Assembly (NCBI GenBank): GCA_963828525.1
Contig: CAWHEP010000014.1
Coordinates: forward strand, 192,001-256,000
Length of the DNA stretch: 64,000 nucleotides
Reading direction: 5' to 3'
Source: an uncultured Verrucomicrobiae bacterium
Lineage (GTDB): Bacteria > Verrucomicrobiota > Verrucomicrobiia > Chthoniobacterales > Chthoniobacteraceae
Position 1 is the first letter of the stretch. The number at the start of each line of letters is the position of its first letter. Position numbers and translations under genes: made by a program. Of this stretch, positions 55,039 to 64,000 are shown piece after piece. Below the pieces are notes generated by a model that was given only the letters and a program-made list of their open reading frames with translations, did no database searches and was not told where the DNA came from.

Positions 55039-56301
55039 ATGAAATCAATCAAAATCTTATCGGCGAGTGTTCTCGCCCTCGTTTGCGCCAGCGCCGCGCA
55101 TTCGCAGACTGTAATCCGCTTCACGGGTTCGACTGCTTATCGCGCTCAGGCTAACGCCGCCATCTTGCTTGCCCTCGGCAGCACAGACGGTTCAACCCTA
55201 CCCGCCAGCACTGGTGGATCATTCGGCTACGCCGGATCATCTTTCACCGGTGCCACATTCGTCATCGCGAAAGGGTACCCTTCAAAGCACGGGATCCTCT
55301 GTGATCATTGAAACAGACTGGACCGGATCGGAAGCTGGAAACCAGACAGTTGCGGCTTCTTTCGCCTCGGTGGCCTTCCTGCCAACGACCTCGACGACGA
55401 GTTCAGGGGCAGGAACTTCCGGCCTCTCAACGAGCAGGCAACACCAATTCCGTTCCCGACATCGCGATGTCCGACACGCTGCAGTCGTCTTCGGCCTTCT
55501 TCGGGAAATATCAATGGCGTGCTCTATCCAGCTCTGACAGAGGATGCGAATTCCCCTGTTGGAGCCGTGATATTCAAGTGGGTCGCGAGCAAGGGCGCTC
55601 CCGCTGGCTTGACGAATATCACCAACTCAGCAGGCACGTGCGCTGTTGGCTGGTGGAAGTCAGCCACTTGCTCTGTTCACAGGGAATGCGAGCTGATGCT
55701 GGTACACGCCATCTACGCGGCTGGGTCGCGACCCAGACTCCGGAACCCGCTTGACCGCTCTGGCGGAAATCGGCTATGGCTTGGGTGCTCAGACGATTGT
55801 TCAGTATCAGCCGACAAACAGCAGCAACGCTGCCGTTTCCTCAACGACGGACACGATCACATCGCTCGATCTCACTCCTGCGGAAACTGTTGACGGCATT
55901 GCGATTGCTCTCGGCAAACGGTGGCTATGCCAGCGGTGGAAATCTCGCCAAGGCGGCGGGTGCCAACAACACCTCAGGCAAGTACTTCGTGACCTATCTT
56001 GGCACGAATGACGCTGACGCGAACGCGCTTCCTGCTGGTGCGAGAGAGTTGTCCTTCAATGGTGTTGCTCTTGGTGCTGGATTCTCCGGCGTGGATTACA
56101 ACAATGTGCTCCTCTGATCAATGGCCAGTATTCCTTCTGGAATCTTGGAGCACGATGTACTATCGGGCGAGTGCTTCCAGCGACGACGATTATCTGTCGC
56201 CGATGCGGTGGCGAATTCGATTCCCTAATGCTCCTGGAGCTGTGCAACTCGGCAGCTTTGCGGTTAGCCGCACTGCTGACGGTGGCAACATTACATACTA
56301 A
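55039..56301 (+). CDS. Secreted PstS/PBP2-like protein A2, paralogue of A1 (multiple frameshifts)
   Basis: QTVIRFTGSTAYR, IIETDWTGSEAG.QTVA, GRDPDSGTRLTALAEIGYG, ELSFNGV, VSR..DGG. Confidence 0.65.
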
Positions 56302-56358
56302 GTTGATCTGATTGGAGCGCAGTAGTCGCTACGGCTCCCTAAGATCAATGCAAATATC

Positions 56359-56395
56359 GGCCAGTGTGGGTCACGTGACCCGCACTGGCCTTTTT
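56359..56395 (+). terminator. Rho-independent terminator
   Basis: GGCCAGTGTGGGTCA/TGACCCGCACTGGCC stem followed by TTTTT. Confidence 0.85.
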
Positions 56396-56510
56396 CGTTT
56401 TAAGCTTGATAGCTGGCTGCAAATGGTTCAAGCACTGAGCGCTGGCTGTCCGAGATTGCATTCGACAGCCTCAGGTTTGACCGTCTGTGAGCGATTGTGA
56501 AATTGCCGCA

Positions 56511-57329
56511 ATGAACCCTTCGCTTTTCAGAGTCTCTCGGTCGCGGCTAACTGCGTTCTTTGGCGCAGCGGGCTATTATCTGCTGTTGCCGCGATCCTCG
56601 ACACACACGCGAACTTTCCGACGCGGCAGGAAACGTCAGCGCCCAGTCCGTCCTCGCTGACGAATAACAATCCACGCAAGCGAGTGGAGGCAGATCGACT
56701 CTCGGAGATTACGTCAGCTGGTGGCGAATCTTCGCCGGATCGGATGCCCCGACAGACAGCCTATTTGATATCGTTTTGGGAAGGTAAGCCGCGACTTCGC
56801 AGCGAAGGCGAAGGATATCCAGACGGAAGCGTGGTCGGCGGGCGCAAGCGCAGAGGCGGTTAAGGAGCGAGTTGGCCGCAGTTGCGCACAGAGGAACTGG
56901 ATCTGATCGCGAGCCTCCTTGGACCGGATGCTCGGACCCATGCCGAGGAGCTGCTGGCCGGCAGCCCCATTGCGGGCGGGGAGAGCAATTCCCAGTCGCC
57001 AGCGAGGCTGCGCCTCCGGTCGTCGCGCGCCAAGCCCGGAACCACCGATTTCCGGCATTTACTTGCGGCCCGCCGAGATGCCATTGGCATTTGCAAAGCC
57101 GGATGCGCTGAACATGGACGAAGACAAACTGAACATGATCGCCACCGTGCGTCAGGACTTCATGAATGCCATCGGAAGCGGAAGCCAGGATCCACATGAT
57201 CCTGCCTATCTGCGCCGCTGGCAGGAGGCCCAGAACGCCGCGAATGACCGCCTCCGGGCGATGCTGGGCCAGGAATTGTTCTACCGCTTCCAGTTGGCCG
57301 CGCAACACGCCGGAGACGACGGTCACTGA
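56511..57329 (+). CDS. Hypothetical protein (frameshifted; 5' part uncertain)
   Basis: Coherent C-terminus MPLAF...DFMNAIG..QDPHDPAYLRRWQEAQ..ANDRLRAMLG. Confidence 0.45.
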
Positions 57330-57365
57330 CGCGCGTCCTAAACGACAGGCCACAGGCCAAATATT

Positions 57366-57389
57366 GTAGGGCGCTTTGTGTCAAGCGCC
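57366..57389 (+). repeat. Single GTAG-tagged palindrome
   Basis: GTAG-GGCGCTT-TGTGTC-AAGCGCC. Confidence 0.55.
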
Positions 57390-57490
57390 GGGGCAGGGTT
57401 CCACGGGCAGACGATTCACTCGAACGAAACCATTCGTGCCCCGCGCCTTGTGAAGAGAAAGGCGAAGATGCGGCTGCGCGTCGAAATTGG

Positions 57491-57920
57491 CTAGTTCCCA
57501 ATGGGCGCGAGTGGGGCAAACTCCTCCGGCGTCATTACAGCGATGTTGGCGGGGCTTCCGAAGTCACCCTTATTGCGCGTAAGGATCACGTCTGCTCCAC
57601 AATTTCTGCTTTCTGCGGCGCTGAGTTGAAGCGCATCCTCAAAATCCCCCAATGCGAAATCAAGGGCTCGCAGCGCATCGGTATGGGCCACCGGCGAGAC
57701 GGTGCTGATACTCAGAAGGTGCCTGAGAAATGAAATCGTCTTCTCAGCCCCCCGGTCGCGCCGCAAAATATAAAAAAAGATTTGATAGAGTATGCCACGA
57801 AATCGTGAGTTCCACGCGCTCGGCTTCGCACTTTTCCAAGGCGCGTTTGCTGCCCTCGAACAGACCGGGACGGCGGAGAGCGACATCCAGCAAAACGTTC
57901 GTGTCCAGAAGGACTCGCAC
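57491..57920 (-). CDS. PIN domain toxin (frameshifted)
   Basis: VRVLLDTNVLLDVAL at 5' end; DFEDALQ..AA...ADVILTRN..DF...TPEEF. Confidence 0.85.
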
Positions 57921-57922
57921 CC

Positions 57923-58159
57923 TTATTTCGCGTGTTTCTCGATCAGGAAATCGAGGCGCGGATCTCCGCCTTCCGGTTCGCGCAGGGAAAATGAGCCAGC
58001 CCAGCGCGCTATGAATTCCTTAATGGAGCCAGCATTCGGAACGACGACCGAATCCGGGAGCAGCGTTAAGAGTCCTCTTCCCCGTTCTGGCAGCGATTCC
58101 GATTTCGCCGTTATAACGCGTCCATTTCTGATCTCCACTTCCATCGTTACAATGCGCAT
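57923..58159 (-). CDS. Putative antitoxin
   Basis: Small gene directly upstream of PIN gene; ends DPRLDFLIEKH; TGnTATACT 6 bp before ATG. Confidence 0.65.
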   Translation of the reverse strand: MRIVTMEVEIRNGRVITAKSESLPERGRGLLTLLPDSVVVPNAGSIKEFIARWAGSFSLREPEGGDPRLDFLIEKHAK

Positions 58160-58299
58160 GTGGAAAGTATAACAAAGCGCCAACGGAAAGCCAGACCCCT
58201 CCTCGTTTCCCGTTCTCTCCAGTCTGTTCGCGCCGCGCTTCCAATGCCGAGAACATCATCTCTCTCTCAATCTCTCTCTGCGCCTCCGCGCCCTCCGCG

Positions 58300-60311
58300 T
58301 TAAAATCTCCGCTCCAGAATCATCTCCAGATTCTTTCTCGCGTCCGCGTAATCCGGGTTCACCTGAACAGCCTTTCGATACTCATCAATCGCGCCTTGCC
58401 TGTCGCCCTTGGTCTCCAATACCAACCCAGCGTTGTTATGCGCTTCCGCAAGCTTGGGGTTGATCTCGGCGGCGCTGCGGAACTCGGCGACCGCCTCATC
58501 GAACCTGTGCAACCGCGCAAACACGATGCCAAGGTTGTTGCGGGCCTCCGCATACTTCGGGTTCGCCGCGATTGCCTCCTGGTAAGCCGCAGCCGCTTCA
58601 TCAAAACGCCGCTCCTCGCGCAGCACAGACCCGAGGTTGTTGAACGCGTCCAGGTAGTCCGGGTTAAGCCGCGACGGCGTCGCGGAATTGGGCGATGGCC
58701 TCGTCCAAATGCCCCGTTTTGTGGAGGGCGATACCCAGTGAGAAGTGGGCGACCGGGTCGTTCGGCATGCGTCGCAACCCTTGTTCGTAACTGCGAACCG
58801 CATCGGTGAAACGGTTCCGGGCGAAATACAGCGTGCCCATATCGAACTGGGCCTTCGGGCTTTCAGGGCAGAGCCGCACTGCCGTTTCCAAAAACGGCTG
58901 TGCTTCATCCAGGCGACGCTCCCTAAGAAGCGCTACTCCAAGGTCGAGATTGGCGGTCGCGTTGTCGCGGGTTACTGCCAGGGCGTGGCGAAACAGCGTC
59001 TCGCTATCCCGCCAAAAGCCGATCTGCCGTTCAGTGAGCAGCGCGCACGTTATGGAGGCGAGCGCCATGCCGGTCGTGAGCATCGCCGCGCGGAAGCGCC
59101 AGCGCCGGCTGAGATTATCGATTCCCCACACCAACGCGATCAGAATGCCGATGGAGGGAATGTAGGTGTAGCGATCCGCCCTCGCCTGGATGCCGACCTG
59201 CACAAGCCCGATGGCGGGCACGAGCGTTCCAACAAACCACAGCCAGCCCACAACAAAGAAAGGGAAGCGCTTGCGCGTACGGATCGCCGCGACCGAAATC
59301 GCGATGAGGATAAAGCAGGAGCCGGCAACCGCCGTGCCATGCCAATGAAAGGGATACGGGTAGAAGACGCAGAGCTTTGCGGGGTAGAAGAAATTCTCGA
59401 TATATCGCAGGTAGGAGACGATCGCGTTCTCAATTCGCACCGCAACCGTAAAAACCTCCGCCTCCTGCACCGCCCCGCCCGCGCGCTGGACGAGGTAAGT
59501 AATCACCCCCGAAGTTACCGCGAGCACAAAGAAGGGTATCTTCTCAACTACGACCTGTAGGATTGGTTTTTCCGGTCTGAAGTCCCCCTGTAGGGTCCCG
59601 CCCTGCGGGATGTCAAACACCGCTCCCCCGATCCGCCCCAACGGCCAATAATCCAGCAACAAAAGGGTGAACGGCAAAGTCACGATCATCGGCTTGCTCA
59701 TCAGCCCAAGCGTAAAAAACCCAAGCGCGAGCCAATACATCCACATCTTCCTCCCGCCTCGGCGCGTCGCTAGATCGCGCCCATGCGACATAAGCCCAAG
59801 TGGTCAGAAACCAGAAGAGAGCGCAAAGAACATCCTTCCGTTCCGAGGCCCACGCGACCGATTCCACCCGCAGAGGGTGAATGCCGAAAAGCACCGCCAC
59901 GCATAGACTTCGGTAGGTGGACCCCGTCAGCGCGCGGAGCAGCAGGAAAAGCAGCAGAGCATTCAGCGCGTGTAGCAGCGCGCCCGTGAAGTGATGCCCA
60001 GCCGGGTTCAGGCCGAAAAGCTGGCAATCGAGCATGTGCGACCACCAGGTAAGGGGATGCCAGTTCGCCGCGCGGTTCGTCGTCAGCGCCCATCGCATCG
60101 CGTCCCACGAAAGACCGCCCTGGACATGCGTGTTTGTCGTGAGGTAGGTTTCATCGTCGTAATTCGTGAACCCGTTGCGCATGCACGGCAGGAACGTTCC
60201 GAGGACAAGCAGGAACAGGGCGAATCCAAGAAGCCGTATGCGCCAGCGCGGTTCTAACGCGCCCGAGCTTTCCCAGAATCTGCGTAAATCTGCGTAAAAT
60301 CTGCGGATCAA
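58300..60311 (-). CDS. TMTC-like GT-C membrane protein with C-terminal TPRs, copy 1 (frameshifts near 59785 and 58670; start uncertain)
   Basis: FTNYDD, NWHPLTW, HPLRVESVAWASERKD, ADRYTYIPSIG, W.DSETLF, TPR repeats. Confidence 0.85.
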
Positions 60312-60320
60312 AACAGTGCC

Positions 60321-62339
60321 TTATTGCTTGCCGCGAAGCTTGCGCAAAGCCGTCAAGTTCCGCTGCGCCGTCGCGTAGTCCGGCTTCAGTCTCACAGCCG
60401 CTTCAAACTCGGCGATAGCTTCATCCACATGCTGGAGTCCGTAAAGCGCCGCGCCCATGTTGTTATGCGCCTCCGCCAGGTCGGGCTTTGCCGCCAGCGC
60501 TTTCCGGTAATTCGCGATGGCCTCGTCAAAACGCTTCTCCCGGGCAAACCCGGCCCCAAGGTCGTTCAGCGCTTCCGCGTAGTCGGCCTTCAGCCGAACC
60601 GCTTCTTCAAACTCAGCGCGGGCGTCGTCAAACCGTTTCTGCCCGACCAACGCAACCCCGAGATGATAATGCCCCTCCGGATATTCCGGGGCCGTCGTTA
60701 ATGCCGCGCGGTAAAGCATCATCGCTTGCTCCGCCTTCCCTTGTTTTGAAAGCGCGATCCCCAGGTTTACTTGCGCGGCGGTGAACTCCGGCCGGAGATT
60801 TAACGCTGTTTGATATTCGGAGATCGCTTCGTCAAGCTTGCCCTGCTTCATCAGCGCGACGCCGAGGTTGTCATGCGCGTCAGGAGCGTCCGGCGTGATC
60901 TGGATGGCTTCGCGGAACTGCGCGATGGCTTCATCAAGCCGTCCTTTTTCCTGCAACGCGGTGCCCGCCAGGGTATGGACATCGCCGAAATCAGGATTCA
61001 ATTCGGCGGATCGGAGCGCATACTTCAGCGCGGCATCGGTATTTTTCTGATGCATCTGCGAGACCGCGAAGTTCGCGTTGCCCAGCCAGGACATCGGATC
61101 ACGGCGTAATACGTCCGCCCAGGCCGTGTCATCACTATGCACAACGAAACAGCGGTTCCATGTCAGCGCCGCCAATACAAGCGCGACAGCCGCCCCGAGA
61201 CATCGCCCGCCCAGCCGGTTGCGTTCCGCAAACAGCCCCAGCGCGGATCCGCCTGCGGAGGCCGCCCCGATGATGGCGACATACTGCCATTGATCCGCGA
61301 CCTGCGAAAACCGGAAATAGTACATCCTGAAAAACCCCAGCACCGGAAAGAGCGAAAGTACAAAGTAACCAAGCGCGAAAAGCGCCCCCCTGGCATATTC
61401 CCGTTTGTCAGCCCTCGCCTCGCTGGGAATGACTCCAAACGCGAGCATCGCGAATACCAGGAACATCGCGATAAACAGCATGAGCGGCGTCCAGGATACG
61501 CCAGTGATCGGCCAATGCGGATACAGCAGACTCAGATTCACAGGCGCGATATCTTTCCATAGGTAGAACCAGAGCGCTCGTCCCAAGGTCGCGATGCGCG
61601 CCGGCCAGCCGCCCATCGGAATCGCGACTCCATGTATGGCGTTTTGGGTCTGGAACCAGATGGTAAGCAGCCCTGCCCCGAGCGACAGGGCGAAGAACGG
61701 CGCAAGTGCCAGAAGATCGCGCGCCGTCACGCGCCCGTGCCGCCACCACGTTGCAAGCAGCAGAACCGGGGGAAGCATGACCACGGAAGTTTTGCTGAGA
61801 AGGGCGAGCGCGAACATCCCAAGCGACATCCAGTATTGCCTCGGGCGTTTGTCATCGTCCCATCGCAACCAAGCAAGCGCGGCCAGCAGATAGAACGGCA
61901 TCGCCAGCGTGTTCTTGCGTTCCGCGATCCACGCGACCGATTCCACATTGACCGGATGCACCGCGAAGATCAAAGCGCCAAACCACGCCCCGGGAATCCG
62001 AAGCTGCTTCAGCACTTCCCACAGCAGGACAACGCTGAGCGCGTGCAGGAGAATGTTCGTTACATGGTAACCCCAGGCGTGAGTTCCCCAAATGCGCCAT
62101 TCCAGCCAGAGAGAGGTGGAGGCGAGCGGAAAATAGTCCGGGTTCCGATGTCCAAACCAGATCTCTGCAAGACCGCCGCCACTCTTTATGAAAGGGTTGT
62201 CCGTCAGCATCACGTTGTCGTCCCACAAAAAGCCTCCTCCAAAGGCGGGGAGATACGCTGCAATCGTGATCAGGATCAGACCCAGCGCGGGACGCCAGTA
62301 ATCCCATCGGCCTGACGAAGGGACGGCTTTCTGCTTCAC
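60321..62339 (-). CDS. TMTC-like GT-C membrane protein with TPRs, copy 2 (intact)
   Basis: FLWDD, HPVNVESVAWIAERKN, ADQWQY, about 7 TPRs. Confidence 0.88.
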   Translation of the reverse strand: MKQKAVPSSGRWDYWRPALGLILITIAAYLPAFGGGFLWDDNVMLTDNPFIKSGGGLAEIWFGHRNPDYFPLASTSLWLEWRIWGTHAWGYHVTNILLHALSVVLLWEVLKQLRIPGAWFGALIFAVHPVNVESVAWIAERKNTLAMPFYLLAALAWLRWDDDKRPRQYWMSLGMFALALLSKTSVVMLPPVLLLATWWRHGRVTARDLLALAPFFALSLGAGLLTIWFQTQNAIHGVAIPMGGWPARIATLGRALWFYLWKDIAPVNLSLLYPHWPITGVSWTPLMLFIAMFLVFAMLAFGVIPSEARADKREYARGALFALGYFVLSLFPVLGFFRMYYFRFSQVADQWQYVAIIGAASAGGSALGLFAERNRLGGRCLGAAVALVLAALTWNRCFVVHSDDTAWADVLRRDPMSWLGNANFAVSQMHQKNTDAALKYALRSAELNPDFGDVHTLAGTALQEKGRLDEAIAQFREAIQITPDAPDAHDNLGVALMKQGKLDEAISEYQTALNLRPEFTAAQVNLGIALSKQGKAEQAMMLYRAALTTAPEYPEGHYHLGVALVGQKRFDDARAEFEEAVRLKADYAEALNDLGAGFAREKRFDEAIANYRKALAAKPDLAEAHNNMGAALYGLQHVDEAIAEFEAAVRLKPDYATAQRNLTALRKLRGKQ

Positions 62340-62423
62340 TCGAACTGCGCGTTGCCGCGGGTTTTCGCATCGACGATGAAAGCATGGACTATTTTCCCCG
62401 GCGCATCGCCTCAATACGCGCTC

Positions 62424-64000
62424 TCAGCTCCGAGCATCGCCGGGATTAAGCCTCAGTGTCTGCTGAAACTCAGCGATTGCCGCGCCGGTCTTATGTTGGG
62501 AATCCAGCGCGTTCCCGAGATTGAAATGCAGATCGGCATCATCCGGTTTCAGCTCCAAAGCTTTCCGGAAATGGGAGATCGCGTCATCCAACTGTCCCGC
62601 TTGGGCCAGCGCGATCCCCAGAAAATTATGGGCGTCCGTGTAATCGGGTTTTAGACGCGCCGCTTCGGCATATTCCGGGAATAGCCTCCTTCGTGTTCCC
62701 TTTGCCGCTCAGCGCCAGCGCCTTGAAAAAGTGCGCGGTTGGGAATAAAGGCTTTTGCGCGAGACCCGCGTCAATCTGCTCGAGGGCTTCATCAAAAAGA
62801 CCTTTTTGGACGAGCGCCGCGCCCAGGTTGAAACGGGCCTCCGCCCGCCCTCCAGAAAGCTCCACCGCCCTGCGAAACTGCGTGATCGCCTCATCCACCC
62901 GGCCCGCTGTGACCATCGCCACTCCAATGTGAACACGTCCCTGCCAGTTATCCTCCGTGACCGCGAGGGAATGGCGAAACAGGGTCTCGCCATCCTTCCA
63001 GACAGGGATTTGCCATTGTGTGATCACGATCAAAGGAATCGCCACCACGCAAGTCGACCGAGACCGCCGTGGAAGGTCTCACCCAGCGATGAACCAGGTC
63101 CCAGCCTCCCCACACAACAGCTATCAGGATTCCTATGGATGGCAGGTAAGTATACCGGTCGGCCATCGATTGCGAGCCGACCTGGATCAAACCGATCACA
63201 GGCGCAAGCGTGCCAACAAACCAGAACCAACCCGTAAAAACGGCGCGGTCACGATGGAGACAAGCGACCGTCGAAATTCCCACCAGCAGCGTCGCGGCCG
63301 CGATCACCTCCCAAAGCGGCCAGCCACCCGGGTGAGGGTAAAGAACGGCTAAGTTCGAGGGGTAAAACAGCTTCCCCAGATATCGACAGTAAGCAACGAG
63401 AGCATTCTCGACTCGCCAGGTGAAAGGAAGGCTGGCATCGAGTTCCATCGCTCCGCCGCCGCGTTGCGCAAAGACAGTTACAACACTCGCCGCCCCCGCC
63501 AGCAAAAAGAACGGAATCTTCTCAATCACAACCTGCAGGGCCGGCTCCCCGGATCCGCCTCCCCCCTGTAGGGTCCTGCCATGCGGGATGTCAAACGCCG
63601 CTCCCCCAATCCGTCCCAGCGGCCAATAATCCAGCAACAACAACACAAACGGCAGCGTAACAATCATCGGCTTGCTCATCAGCCCCAGTATGAACAACCC
63701 CAGCGCGAGCCAATAGCGCCACATCTTCCGCCCGCCGTTCGCCCCCGTATTCGTAACCCATGCGGCATACGCGTAGATCGTCAGCATCCAGAACAACGCG
63801 CTCAGCGCGTCCTTGCGTTCGGCGACCCAGGCCACCGATTCCACCCTTAGTGGATGAACCGCAAAAAACATCGCGACAAGGAAGCTCCGCCACAAGGCGC
63901 CCGTCATCTTCCGCAGAAGCAGGAACAGCAAGGCCGCGTTCGTCGAGTGGATTAGAACGCTTGTGAGATGATGTCCCCAAGGACGGATCAATCCATACAC
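62424..64000 (-). CDS. TMTC-like GT-C membrane protein with TPRs, copy 3 (5' end outside window, frameshifted)
   Basis: HPLRVESVAWVAERKD, MSKPMIVTLP, ADRYTYLPSIG, TPR repeats. Confidence 0.85.

Noticed and set aside
51644..56301. Canonical pstS phosphate ABC transporter operon
   Set aside because: No pstC/pstA/pstB/phoU nearby and only motif-level similarity, so no gene symbol is assigned.

Overview
This is a 64 kb GC-rich bacterial chromosome segment, most likely Verrucomicrobiota (Chthoniobacterales/Spartobacteria-like). That placement is inferred from the stand-alone SWIB protein, PEP-CTERM proteins, TMTC-like TPR membrane proteins and gene style. Many genes, including essential ones (lptD, gatA), carry 1-nt frameshifts, so the sequence is probably an unpolished long-read assembly and the breaks are treated as errors. 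1-21 kb is mostly housekeeping: lptD, ugd, rsmB, gatCA, a BaiN-like flavoprotein, ispA, a C10 protease and gcvP. 21-36 kb is an accessory zone between convergent tRNA-Ser(GCT) and tRNA-Glu(TTC). It holds several toxin-antitoxin modules and a 3.6 kb tRNA-Ser island bounded by a decayed tRNA 3' repeat. The island carries an integrase-less attC cassette array (macro domain, PH-like membrane protein, orphan antitoxin) and an RxxxxH (HEPN-like) gene. The zone also has an ECF42-type sigma cluster and a tRNA-Glu 3' duplicate with a palindromic insert. 36-64 kb is cell-envelope biased: a PilV/W/X (HpsA-like) minor-pilin operon and a cobalamin riboswitch-btuB-DUF6580 unit. It ends with a candidate surface-glycoprotein locus: two PstS-fold secreted proteins sandwich two PEP-CTERM proteins, flanked by one ArnT/PMT-like and three TMTC-like GT-C glycosyltransferases.
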